A DNA stretch of 64,000 bases. It comes from Candidatus Latescibacterota bacterium. Lineage in GTDB: Bacteria > Krumholzibacteriota > Krumholzibacteriia > WVZY01 > JAKEHA01. The position numbers were made by a program, and so were the translations under genes. Of this stretch, positions 9,649 to 19,022 are shown piece after piece. The notes beneath the pieces were generated by a model. That model was not told where the DNA came from. It saw only the letters and a program-made list of their open reading frames with translations, and did no database searches. Where the stretch lies: positions 1,600,001-1,664,000 of the forward strand of contig OY970173.1 of NCBI GenBank assembly GCA_963707635.1, read 5' to 3'. How positions within the stretch are numbered: position 1 is the first letter of the stretch; the number at the start of each line of letters is the position of its first letter.

Positions 9649-10371
9649 CTACAGGTTCACGTCGGTTTCGGTGACGATGCCGTCTTCGATCGTAACTTTC
9701 ATCGAGCGTTCGCCGAGATTCGGGTGCCACACCTTGAGCGTGTAGGTCCCCTCCGGAAGATCGGCGAACGAGTAGTCGCCCTGCTCGTCGGGCTGGGTGA
9801 CGAACGGCGTGTCGACCACGAGCACGTACGCCGACATCGTCGAGTGGATGTCGCAGAACACCTGCACCATCCCCGGCCGGTCGAACGTGACCGGCTTCGA
9901 CTTGCCCTTGCCGTAGTAGCCGAGGTCGAACTTCTTGGTCTTCGAGTACGAGAAGACGTTGTGGTAGACGAGGTCGCCGTTGGGAAAGTCGACGGTGGTG
10001 CCGACCGGGACGCCGAGCACGTGCGGCTCGAACGACTGGTTGATCTGCCGGAGCTTCGGCCGCCCGGCAGTTGGCCGCGGCTCGATGCGCGCGGTCGGGC
10101 CCTCGAGGTAGATCACGACGTCGCGCGGGGTCGCCATGCGCGGCGCGCCGCGAGACCCGGCGCCACCCGAGTTGAGCGTTCCCGCGTACGGGTCGAGCGA
10201 CGACTGCATCGGGTCGTTGACCTCGGTCACCAGGTGGACCTTTCCGCGCAGCTCTCCGGCGGACGCGAACGTGGCAAAAAGCATCCAGACCAAGGGTATG
10301 AGAAAGATCCACCACCGGGGCCGAATGCGACGACGGCCCGCGCGGCGAGGACGGGGTATCGCGAGTGTCAT
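9649..10371 (-). CDS. Secreted cupredoxin-like protein with carboxypeptidase-regulatory-like flanking fold
   Basis: Signal peptide; FEPHVLGVPVGTTVDFPN, HNVFS and FCDIHSTM give an H/C/H/M type-1 Cu ligand pattern; LPEGTYTLKVWHP. Confidence 0.8.
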   Translation of the reverse strand: MTLAIPRPRRAGRRRIRPRWWIFLIPLVWMLFATFASAGELRGKVHLVTEVNDPMQSSLDPYAGTLNSGGAGSRGAPRMATPRDVVIYLEGPTARIEPRPTAGRPKLRQINQSFEPHVLGVPVGTTVDFPNGDLVYHNVFSYSKTKKFDLGYYGKGKSKPVTFDRPGMVQVFCDIHSTMSAYVLVVDTPFVTQPDEQGDYSFADLPEGTYTLKVWHPNLGERSMKVTIEDGIVTETDVNL

Positions 10372-10504
10372 AACGCTTCTACTTCCATATAGTTAGAGTG
10401 AATACGGGCCCCGGCCTCACGTCCGTGAAGCCCGCGTCTCACCCGGTTCTCGGGTCGTCGATCGAGCAAATGCTGCCTGGTTCGGGAAGTACCCGGAACG
10501 GATG

Positions 10505-10520
10505 AGCAACCGCTGTGCCG
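10505..10520 (-). promoter_or_regulatory. sigma54 (-24/-12) promoter
   Basis: Minus strand reads CGGCACAGCGGTTGCT, i.e. GG-N10-GC consensus, about 135 bp upstream of the cupredoxin ATG. Confidence 0.7.
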
Positions 10521-10566
10521 TCGAAGGAAGCGCGGACAAGCCTGGGGAGGAGCGAAAACGGACAGA

Positions 10567-11793
10567 CTAGCGTTCGGCGAATACTTCGGTGGGAGAACTG
10601 GATCTATCTTCCCGCGGGAGACTCATGAACAACTCAACCGCCCTGGGATCGAGGTGCGTCCCGGACACCGAGCGAATATATTCCAGCGCTCTCTCTTCGT
10701 CCCAGCCCTGGCGGTAGGGGCGGTCCGAACGAATCGCATCCCAGACATCCACCACCGCGAACAGGCGCGCGGCCAGTGGAATCGCATCGCCCTTGAGACC
10801 ACGAGGATAGCCGGAGCCGTCCCACTTCTCATGGTGACAGTAGGGAATGTCCAGCGCGTCGTGCAGATACTCGATCCGTTTGAGCAGCTCGTAGGCGTAG
10901 GTGGGATGCTTGCGCATCAGGACCCACTCGTCGTCGGTCAGCGTGCCCGGCTTGAGCAGAATGTGGTCGGGGACACCCATCTTGCCGATGTCGTGGAGCA
11001 GCGCGCCGCGCTTCACGTGCAATAGTTCGGCCTCGCTCATGCCCGCCCGGCGCGCCAGTTTCACCGTCAGCTCCGTCACCCGCTTCGTGTGTCCCTCGGT
11101 TTCTTTATCCCGCAGATCCAGCGCGCGCGACCATCCCTCGATGGTCGTATCGTAGGCCAGCTGCAGGTCGAGGTGCGTGCGCTGCACGTTCATCTCCGCC
11201 TGCTTGCGCTCGGTTATATCGATGGAGACGACAAAAATCCCCTCCGGCACCGGTTGGACGCTCATCTCGTACCAGCCGACCGACCCGTCGGGAAGGGCGA
11301 ATTCGGTTTCCAAATGTCTCAACGCACGCTCTTCCATGCTGTGCCGGAGTGCCGCAAACACGTCCGTGCTCTCGATGCCCGGATAACATTCCATCATCGT
11401 GCGGCCGATCAATTCGGCCCGGGTCTTGTGCACCTGTTTCATGGCCGCGTCGTTGACGTACAGGTAGCGCCAGTCGAAGCCGATCAGCTGGCACCCCGCG
11501 AGCATCTTGTCGAGCGTGTTGATGTAGCGTTCCGTGGCCTTCTCCCGTTCCGTGAGACGCTGCTGGGCACGGATGTCCGATTCCCGGCCCAGGCGACGCA
11601 GGGCCGCTTCGGCACGATGCCGCTGGTCCACCGAACGAAAGATGGAATAGAGGCAGAGCAGCGACAGGCCGGTCAGGACACCCAGCTCCGGCGCCCCGTC
11701 AAAAGCGGCGTTTCGCACGCTCGCGACGAGCAAAGCCAGTGCGCCCATACAGAACGCAACAGTGGCGAGATTGCGGATGGCAAGGCGTTTCAC
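10567..11793 (-). CDS. Membrane PAS + HD-GYP cyclic di-GMP phosphodiesterase
   Basis: Two TM helices, PAS (YVNDAA...DITERKQAE), ETEGHTKRV, LHDIGK, HHEKWDGSGYPRGL, DVWDA, RPYR. Confidence 0.93.
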   Translation of the reverse strand: MKRLAIRNLATVAFCMGALALLVASVRNAAFDGAPELGVLTGLSLLCLYSIFRSVDQRHRAEAALRRLGRESDIRAQQRLTEREKATERYINTLDKMLAGCQLIGFDWRYLYVNDAAMKQVHKTRAELIGRTMMECYPGIESTDVFAALRHSMEERALRHLETEFALPDGSVGWYEMSVQPVPEGIFVVSIDITERKQAEMNVQRTHLDLQLAYDTTIEGWSRALDLRDKETEGHTKRVTELTVKLARRAGMSEAELLHVKRGALLHDIGKMGVPDHILLKPGTLTDDEWVLMRKHPTYAYELLKRIEYLHDALDIPYCHHEKWDGSGYPRGLKGDAIPLAARLFAVVDVWDAIRSDRPYRQGWDEERALEYIRSVSGTHLDPRAVELFMSLPREDRSSSPTEVFAER

Positions 11794-11867
11794 AAGAGGC
11801 TCCCCATTGACTCTTGAAACGAGGCCCTCGTGGCTTCGGTGCCGGCTGTGGATGACCCTTACGCCGG

Positions 11868-11883
11868 ATCAATTCCCATGCCA
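11868..11883 (-). promoter_or_regulatory. Possible sigma54 promoter (TTGA variant)
   Basis: Minus strand TGGCATGGGAATTGAT upstream of the HD-GYP gene. Confidence 0.4.
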
Positions 11884-12061
11884 GCAGCGAGGATAGGGGC
11901 GTGGGAGGGAGGCGGCCCGCACGGGAAGAAGCACTGGAAAGGTGTGCGTCGGCTATGGTATAACGTGGCGATCGCGGGGCCAGGCAGCGGCAGGGCCGAC
12001 TCGTCTGGACCGCAACGTTGTTCCTTCGACTTTCTGCCTCATTCTCAGACCGTCAATCGGA

Positions 12062-12137
12062 GCTGGTGTAGCTCAGCTGGTAGAGCAGCGCATTCGTAAT
12101 GCGCAGGTCCGCGGTTCGATTCCGCGCACCAGCTCCA
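12062..12137 (+). tRNA. tRNA-Thr(CGU)
   Basis: GCTGGTG/CACCAGC acceptor stem, GCGCA-TTCGTAA-TGCGC anticodon arm, GTTCGAT, CCA. Confidence 0.96.
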
Positions 12138-12259
12138 TTCTCTTCAACGACTTCCGCGATTCTATCTCCCGGTCGCTATCCGGTGCTGAGGCCACTTCGG
12201 GGCCCCTTCCCACGTTGTAGTCACGGGCCGACATCGATCGACGGGTGTTTGCGTGCGCA

Positions 12260-12289
12260 TTGACACTGGCGCCCCGTCTCGGATACGAT
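12260..12289 (+). promoter_or_regulatory. sigma70 promoter inside the island
   Basis: TTGACA-18 bp-TACGAT. Confidence 0.6.
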
Positions 12290-12421
12290 CGTCTCACCTT
12301 CCAAAACGACTCGACCGAAGCCGCCGGACGCGTGTGGCCGCAAGGTATCTCCTAGGAGAGCGATCGCGGTATGGCAAGGCCGACAGGTCAAATGTTGACA
12401 GCAGACCTCGGAGGTTCGCTT

Positions 12422-14335
12422 GTGCGGGCGGTTATCGCTATTGCCCTCGGTTTTCTGGTCATCGTGTTTGCAATCCCATGTCCGGCCTTGGTCCCCGCCC
12501 ACCTTTGGAGTCAGCGCTTCGGGGGGACGACCAGTGAAATCAGCTACGGCGTCGCGGTGGACGGGTCGGGGAATGTGTTGGTTACGGGGTATTTCGCTGG
12601 CACTGTGGACTTCGGAGGCGGAAACCTCGTAAGCGCGGGGGGCGCCGACATCTTCGTCGCGAAGTACGACGTGAGCGGCGCGCACCTCTGGAGCCAGCGC
12701 TTCGGGGGTACGGGGTTTGATTACGGCTACGCCGTGGCGGTGGACGGGTTGGGGGACGTGGTGGTTACGGGGATCTTCCAGGGCACTGTGGACTTCGGGG
12801 GCGGGAACCTCGGAAGTGCCGGTGGCAACGACATCTTCGTGGCCAAGTACGATGCGAGCGGCGCGCACCTCTGGAGCCACCGCTTCGGGAGTACGAGCAG
12901 CGATCAAGGCAACGCCGTCGCGGTGGACGGGTCGGGGAATGTGGTGGTGGCGGGATACTTCTTTGGCACCGTGAACTTCGGTGGCGGAAACCTCGTGAGC
13001 GCGGGAATCTACGATATCTTCGTGGCTAAGTACGATGCCGGCGGCGCGCACCTCTGGAGCCGGCGCTTCGGGGGGACGAGTGATGATTACGGCTACGGCG
13101 TTGCCGTGGACGGGTCGGGGAACGTGGTGGTAACGGGGTATTTCGCGGGCACTGTGGACTTCGGAGGCGGAAACCTCGTAAGCGCGGGGGGTGCCGACAT
13201 CTTCGTCGCGAAGTACGATGTGAGCGGCGCACACCTCTGGAGCCACCACTTCGGAGGTACGGGCTTTGATTATGGCTACGCCGTGGCGGTGGACGGGTCG
13301 GGGAACGTGGTGGTGACGGGATACTTCGTTGGCACCGCAAACTTCGGGGGTGGGAACCTCGGAAGCGCAGGGAGTTGGGACATCTTCGTTGCGAAATACA
13401 ACGCGAGCGGGGCGCACCAGTGGAGCCAGCGCTTTGGAGGGACGGGCGTTGACTATGGCGACGCAGTTGCGTTGGACGGGTCGGGGAATGTGGTAGTGAC
13501 GGGGTACTTCGCTGGCACCGTGAACTTCGGCGGCGGAGACCTCATGAGCGCGGGGAGCTACGACATCTTCGTCGCGAAGTACGACGCGAGTGGCGCGCAC
13601 CTTTGGAGCCAGCGTTTCGGCAGCATGAGCACTGATTACGGTTTCGGCATAGCGATGGACGGGGTGGGGAACGTGGTGGTCACGGGGACCTTCGAGGGCG
13701 CCGTGGACTTCGGCGGCGGGAACCTCGTAAGCGTGGGGGCGCAGGACATCTTCCTTGCAAAGTACGGCGAAGAAACCGTTCCGGTTCTCATCAGCCGTTT
13801 TGATGCAACCGCTCGTCCGGGTGGCGTCGACCTGACGTGGGAGTTGTCGAGCGACGAGGCGCTGGAGGGCTTTGCGCTTTATCGCGGCCAGGGACAGGCG
13901 CCGTCTGTCGTGATTGCCACCGGTGATGCCCAGACGACGCACTCGTACATGGACACATCGGTCGAGGCGGGGAAAACGTACCAGTACGAGCTCATGATCC
14001 GTACGTTGAACGGAGATGAGTTCCGCTCTCCAGTGGCGACGGTGACGATGCCGCGCGCGGTAATCACACTCGCGCAGAACTTCCCCAATCCATTCAACCC
14101 GCAGACGACGATCGAGTACACGGTGAGCAGTCTCGCGTCGGTCTCGATCGATATATTTGACGCGTCGGGTGCGCTGGTGAGACGTCTCGACCAGGGAGTT
14201 CGTGAGGCCGGGAGCTACAGTGCCGAATGGGACGGGCGCGACGCGGCCAACCGGTCCGTGGGCAGCGGCGTCTATTTCTACCGGCTCGCGGGCGTGAAGA
14301 GCGCAGAGACACGCAAGATGGTGCTGGTGAAGTAG
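12422..14335 (+). CDS. Secreted SBBP-type beta-propeller repeat protein with FN3-like adaptor and FlgD-Ig/T9SS-like CTD
   Basis: GTG start after GGAGG; seven 61-aa repeats HLWSQRFGG...VAVDGSGNVVVTGYF.GTVDFGGG...DIFVAKYD; VPVLISRF adaptor; NPFNP...RKMVLVK. Confidence 0.88.
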   Translation: MRAVIAIALGFLVIVFAIPCPALVPAHLWSQRFGGTTSEISYGVAVDGSGNVLVTGYFAGTVDFGGGNLVSAGGADIFVAKYDVSGAHLWSQRFGGTGFDYGYAVAVDGLGDVVVTGIFQGTVDFGGGNLGSAGGNDIFVAKYDASGAHLWSHRFGSTSSDQGNAVAVDGSGNVVVAGYFFGTVNFGGGNLVSAGIYDIFVAKYDAGGAHLWSRRFGGTSDDYGYGVAVDGSGNVVVTGYFAGTVDFGGGNLVSAGGADIFVAKYDVSGAHLWSHHFGGTGFDYGYAVAVDGSGNVVVTGYFVGTANFGGGNLGSAGSWDIFVAKYNASGAHQWSQRFGGTGVDYGDAVALDGSGNVVVTGYFAGTVNFGGGDLMSAGSYDIFVAKYDASGAHLWSQRFGSMSTDYGFGIAMDGVGNVVVTGTFEGAVDFGGGNLVSVGAQDIFLAKYGEETVPVLISRFDATARPGGVDLTWELSSDEALEGFALYRGQGQAPSVVIATGDAQTTHSYMDTSVEAGKTYQYELMIRTLNGDEFRSPVATVTMPRAVITLAQNFPNPFNPQTTIEYTVSSLASVSIDIFDASGALVRRLDQGVREAGSYSAEWDGRDAANRSVGSGVYFYRLAGVKSAETRKMVLVK

Positions 14336-14358
14336 ACCGCGTCTCTTTTTTCTTCTTG

Positions 14359-14402
14359 AAGACCCGGTTGTCGAGTCGAGAGCGGCGACCGGGTTTTCGT
14401 TT
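14359..14402 (+). terminator. Rho-independent terminator
   Basis: AAGACCCGGTTGTCG...CGGCGACCGGGTTTT hairpin then T-rich sequence. Confidence 0.7.
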
Positions 14403-14471
14403 GTGGGTGGAGCCAAGGCCACTTCTGTGGTACGGCTGTTGCGACTGCCTTAGGTTAGCGTGAAGCTGACT

Positions 14472-14518
14472 TTCGTAATGCGCAGGTCCGCGGTTCGATT
14501 CCGCGCACCAGCTCCATT
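14472..14518 (+). repeat. attR-like copy of the tRNA-Thr 3' half (47 bp)
   Basis: TTCGTAATGCGCAGGTCCGCGGTTCGATTCCGCGCACCAGCTCCATT identical to 12093-12139. Confidence 0.95.
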
Positions 14519-14677
14519 TTCATCCAACCTGCGTTGAGTCTGGGTAGCCGTCGCCGTCTCTTGCGTCTGTTGACGAACGCAACCGCCGAAGACAAGCACG
14601 TATGGTATAGTTAATAACTTATCGTCGGGGAGGGCCATACGGCCCGGCAGTTCTCGGGCGCGGGCGGAACGCCGAAC

Positions 14678-14767
14678 GACGCCGCGGTCGCGGCGTCTGG
14701 TGTGTACTTCGCGCGCATTGAACACGCAAGCGGCACGCGTTCCAAGAAGATGGTGCTGCTCAAATGA
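14678..14767 (+). pseudogene. Orphan 3' fragment of a CTD-bearing gene
   Basis: Translates DAAVAASGVYFARIEHASGTRSKKMVLLK-stop with no upstream gene body. Confidence 0.8.
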
Positions 14768-14774
14768 GGTTCTT

Positions 14775-17102
14775 ATGAACGTCCTCTCGCGGTCTATTCG
14801 AATCATCGGGATGTTTGCTTTTATCACCAGCATGGTCTGGGCGACCGAGGGGGCGGCGGCCAAGAACGCTTACCTGTGGAGCAAACGCGCTGGCGACACC
14901 ATCGGCGATCACGCGCGCGCGGTCGCAGTCGACGCCACGGGAAACGTCTACATTACCGGCCAAATGCGGGGTACGCTGGATTTTGGCGGCGGTCCTCAGG
15001 TTGGCGCCGGCTATACCGATGTATTCTTGGTCAAATACAACTCCAGTGGCCTCTATCAGTGGAGCCAGGTATTTGGAAATACGAGCTTCGACCTTGGCTA
15101 CGGGCTCGCGACGGATGGTTTCGCAAATATCTACCTCGTGGGGGCGTTCACGTCCTTCATCGGCTTTGGGGGCGTGATAATCTCCAGTTCCGGCGACACC
15201 GACGCATTCATCGCGAAATTCAATTCGGCCGGCGTCGTGCAGTGGGCCAAGAAACTTGGCGGCGTCGACACGGAATACGCCCTTGGCGTGGCGGTGGACA
15301 ACTCGGGAAACGCGGTCATGACCGGTTTTTTTGGCCCCGGATCGGTGACGGAGCCCGGGCTACCCACGATCACAAGCACAGGGGAAAGTGACATTTTCCT
15401 CATCAAATACGACGCAAACGGTGTGGCTCTTTGGTTGAAAGGTTATGGCGGTGTAGCGTTCGACGGCGCCGAAGAAGTCGCCCTCGACTCGGCCAGCAAT
15501 ATCATTATTACCGGGGTCTTCAACGACACCATGTCCAACATGGGGGGCGCCAGTCTCTCACATTTGGGGAATGGAGATATTTTTCTCGCCAAATTCAACG
15601 CGGCAGCTGTCCATCAATGGAGTCAGCGTTTTGGCGGTGCAAACTTCGACCATGGCTACGACGTCGCGACCGATATCGCGGGGGACGTATTCCTGGGCGG
15701 TTACTTCAGTGACAACGTGAGCTTCGGCGGAAGCGTACTCGCCAGCGCGGGGGCCACGGATGCGGTGCTGGCCCAATACAACTCGGCCGGCGTGCACCAA
15801 TGGAGCAAGCGCTTCGGCGGTACGCTCACCGATATGACCTACTCTGTGGCCGCGGATGCGTCGGGCAATTGCGTGATCAGCGGGTTTTTCAACAATAGCG
15901 CGAGTTTTGGCGGGAGTACGCTGACGAGCGCGGGAAGCTCCGACGTCTTCGTCGCCAAATTCGCGCCGTTCGGCTTGCCGACGTGGAGTGCGCGGTACGG
16001 CGGCGTCGGGACCGACTATGCGTGGGGAGTGGCCCTGGGCCCAACTGGCAGCGCGCACCTGGCTGGCGGATTCTCGGGTCTCGCAAGCTTCGGTGGCGCC
16101 GTTCTCAGCGGGGGCCTCGAGGATATCTTTCTCGCAAAGTACGGGGCGAAGATCGCCGAACCGGTCATCTCGTCGATCAAGGACATCGGCAACGATCAGG
16201 GCCGAAAGGTGAAGATTGTCTTCACGGGTTCGGGACAGGACGACGCGGAGTCGTCGGTGCCGGTTATTCGTTACGAAGCCTATCGTCGCACGATAGCGGC
16301 GCCCAGTGCCCTTGTGGCGCGTGATCCAGCCGCGCTCTCGCCCCGGGGCCTGCTGATTCCGGAATGGACTGAAGTCGGTACCGTGAATGCGCACGGCGAG
16401 AGCGAATACAGCATGGACGCGCCGACGATCGGGGATTCGACCATCGCGCTGGGCCAATATCGATCGACGTTCTTCATTCGCGGCGCCACGGCCGAACCCA
16501 CACCGTTCTTCGATTCCCTGACCGACAGCGGATATTCGCTGGACAACCTTGCGCCCGGGGCGCCGTCGAACTTCGCATACTCGGTCGGGCAACTCTCCTG
16601 GAATGAGTCGACCGATGCCGACTTCGACTACTTCACCGTCTACGGGTCGAATCTTGATGCGTTCGGTTCGGCGAACGTGGTGGACTACACCGTCGCGACT
16701 GACATGGACGTGAACGCCTCGCCGTATGTGTTCTACTTTGTCACGGCAACCGATTTCTCCGGGAACGAGAGTAAGCCCGCGAAGATCAACACGCTCTCGG
16801 GCACAGGTGGGGCGCCGAGGAGCTACGTACTCTCCGTCTCGAACTTCCCGAATCCCTTCAACCCATCGACCACGGTAAGTTACACGGTTCCATCACGCGG
16901 GAAGGTGACTGTGGCAATCTACGACGCACGCGGGGCGCGGGTGACCAGACTTGTTGACAACGAGGAACGCGACGCGGGTGCCTACCGCATGGACTGGAAC
17001 GGTCACGCGGACAGTGGTATCGGGGTCTCGTCGGGGGTGTACTTCGCGCGAATCGAGCAGAATGGCGCCGTGCGGACGAAGAAACTCGTGCTTTTGAAGT
17101 GA
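14775..17102 (+). CDS. Secreted SBBP-type beta-propeller protein with DQG...DNLAP module and FlgD-Ig CTD
   Basis: ATG 14775 after GAGG; WSKRFGG/VAVD/DFGGG/DIFLAKY repeats; NDQGRKV...SLDNLAP; NPFNP...KKLVLLK. Confidence 0.87.
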   Translation: MNVLSRSIRIIGMFAFITSMVWATEGAAAKNAYLWSKRAGDTIGDHARAVAVDATGNVYITGQMRGTLDFGGGPQVGAGYTDVFLVKYNSSGLYQWSQVFGNTSFDLGYGLATDGFANIYLVGAFTSFIGFGGVIISSSGDTDAFIAKFNSAGVVQWAKKLGGVDTEYALGVAVDNSGNAVMTGFFGPGSVTEPGLPTITSTGESDIFLIKYDANGVALWLKGYGGVAFDGAEEVALDSASNIIITGVFNDTMSNMGGASLSHLGNGDIFLAKFNAAAVHQWSQRFGGANFDHGYDVATDIAGDVFLGGYFSDNVSFGGSVLASAGATDAVLAQYNSAGVHQWSKRFGGTLTDMTYSVAADASGNCVISGFFNNSASFGGSTLTSAGSSDVFVAKFAPFGLPTWSARYGGVGTDYAWGVALGPTGSAHLAGGFSGLASFGGAVLSGGLEDIFLAKYGAKIAEPVISSIKDIGNDQGRKVKIVFTGSGQDDAESSVPVIRYEAYRRTIAAPSALVARDPAALSPRGLLIPEWTEVGTVNAHGESEYSMDAPTIGDSTIALGQYRSTFFIRGATAEPTPFFDSLTDSGYSLDNLAPGAPSNFAYSVGQLSWNESTDADFDYFTVYGSNLDAFGSANVVDYTVATDMDVNASPYVFYFVTATDFSGNESKPAKINTLSGTGGAPRSYVLSVSNFPNPFNPSTTVSYTVPSRGKVTVAIYDARGARVTRLVDNEERDAGAYRMDWNGHADSGIGVSSGVYFARIEQNGAVRTKKLVLLK

Positions 17103-17182
17103 TATGGAAGTAGGCTAGCGTCGAGTAATACGTTTCTTGAAGGTGCATTGGTCGCAGTTTCCGTCACATCTCGGAGGCGCCG

Positions 17183-18860
17183 ATGGGCAACCGAGCCGCT
17201 CTCACAACGTTCGTTTCCCTGCTGATCTCCATCCCCCTCGCCGCTCGTGGCGACTGGCCGGCAGACGGTTTGCCGATCTGCGACGTCATTCCTGCCCAGT
17301 ACCAGCCCGTCTCGGTATCCGACGGCGCCGGTGGTGCCATCATCGCCTGGGGTGATTATCGCAACGGTAGTGGAAATTCCGACGTTTACGCCCAGCGCGT
17401 CGACGGAGCGGGTAACGTGCTATGGGTCGACGACGGAGTCGTCGTGTGCGACGCGGCCGGCCAGCAGAGCTCATTCACGATTCTCTCGGACGATGCGGGT
17501 GGCGCGATCATCGCCTGGGTCGACAACGGAAACTACAACGTCTATGGGCAGCGGATCGACGCTGTGGGCGTGGTTCAGTGGACGCCGAACGGCGTGGTTG
17601 TCTCGACCGCGGCGGGCCAAAAAAACGCGTTGACGATGACGTCCGACGGTTCGAGCGGCGCGATCCTCGCGTGGGAGGACAACCGCAACTCGGGGACCAC
17701 AAACACCGATATTTTCGCCGCGCGCCTGACCGCGACGGGGGCCGTACTCGACCCGGCGGGAATCGCAATTTCCGTCGCCTCCGGCCTGCAAACGGAGCCT
17801 TCGATCGCGCCATTCCAAAGCGGCGGCGCGATCGTCGTTTGGACCGACCGTCGATCTGGACTTCCGCACATTTATGCGGCGCGAGTGTCCGCACTGGGCA
17901 CCGTGGCGGATCCGACGGGCATCGTCATCAGCAATGTCTTCGTCCATGACGGCCCAGTGGCCGTCAGTGACGGAATCGGCGCGCTCATCGCCTGGCGCGA
18001 CGCCCGAACGCCCAGTGGAGTCTATGCCCAACGGCTCGACGCGGACGGGCTCTCGCAGTGGACCGACGACGGCGTGCAGGTGAGCGGTACAATGAACCCC
18101 TCCGTTCCGATTCGAATGAGGGGCGACGGCGCCGGTGGCGCCATCATCGTGTGGGTGGCTTACAGCGGCCCCGACCTCGATATCTACACGCAGCGCATCA
18201 ACTCGTCGGGTGTGCGGCAGTGGACTCCGGACGACGTCGTGGTTTGCAGCGCGGCCAACGAGCAAGCGAGATCGTGACCGCCTCCGACAACGGGGGTAGC
18301 GTCGTGATCGGCTGGAGAGACCACCGCGACGGGATGCAAGACGATATCTACGCGCAGCGCGTGGATGCGTCCGGGATGACACAATGGACGCCGGACGGCG
18401 TCTTGGTGTGTGGGGCCATGAACGATCAACTGGAGCTCGCTCTCGTTTCGGACGGCAGCGGCGGGGGGTTATTTGCATGGAAAGACCACCGGCTGCATCC
18501 GAACGGCACCCTGGCCGACATCTACGCACGCCGCGTCCTTTGGAACGGACAGCTGCCCACGAGTGTGGGGGACGCCCCAGCGCGGCAATCACCGTCCTTC
18601 CTGCCTACCCGAACCCGTTTGCGTCATCGACCGACTTGACTCTGTGGTTGCGCGAGCCGGCGGACGTGGCGATCGACGTGTACGACGTCGCTGGGCGGCG
18701 CGTGCGCGCGATGTTGCTCGACGACGTCCCGAAGGGCTGGCGGCGGGTTGCGATCGACGCCCGAGACGATTCGGGCCGTCCCCTGTCGAGCGGTGTATAT
18801 TTCGCGCGGGTGGAGTCGCTGGGGACGACCGCCACGCGGAAGTTGGTACTCCTAAAATGA
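17183..18860 (+). pseudogene. Secreted SDGAGGAI-repeat protein with FlgD-Ig CTD; two frameshifts (real or sequencing error)
   Basis: ORFs 17183-18277, 18058-18639 and 18384-18860 join into one repeat protein ending RKLVLLK; shifts near 18267 and in the C run near 18577. Confidence 0.8.
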
Positions 18861-19022
18861 TATGGAAGCGGCTGGTGTCGACCTCCGTTTCTGAGTAAGC
18901 GGTCGAGAGGAGAACGGTTCACCGACGATCATCTGCCAGCTGGCCCTGGCGACGGCGCTTGAGGATATTCGGCGGGGTTCCGGCATGTCGTACATCTAGC
19001 TAACTCACCAGGGAGGACCGTT

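Larger units (their letters stand above)
12093..14518. mobile_element. Small tRNA-Thr-integrated island without an integrase, bounded by 47-bp att-like direct repeats
   Basis: 12093-12139 is identical to 14472-14518; the interval holds a promoter, one gene and a terminator. Confidence 0.7.

Noticed and set aside
12497..13770. CRISPR array
   Set aside because: The repeats are in-frame 183-bp coding units with no unique spacers, and there are no cas genes.
17113..17126. 14-mer GGCTAGCGTCGAGT shared with 54210-54223
   Set aside because: A few 14-mer matches are expected by chance in 64 kb, and the contexts are unrelated.
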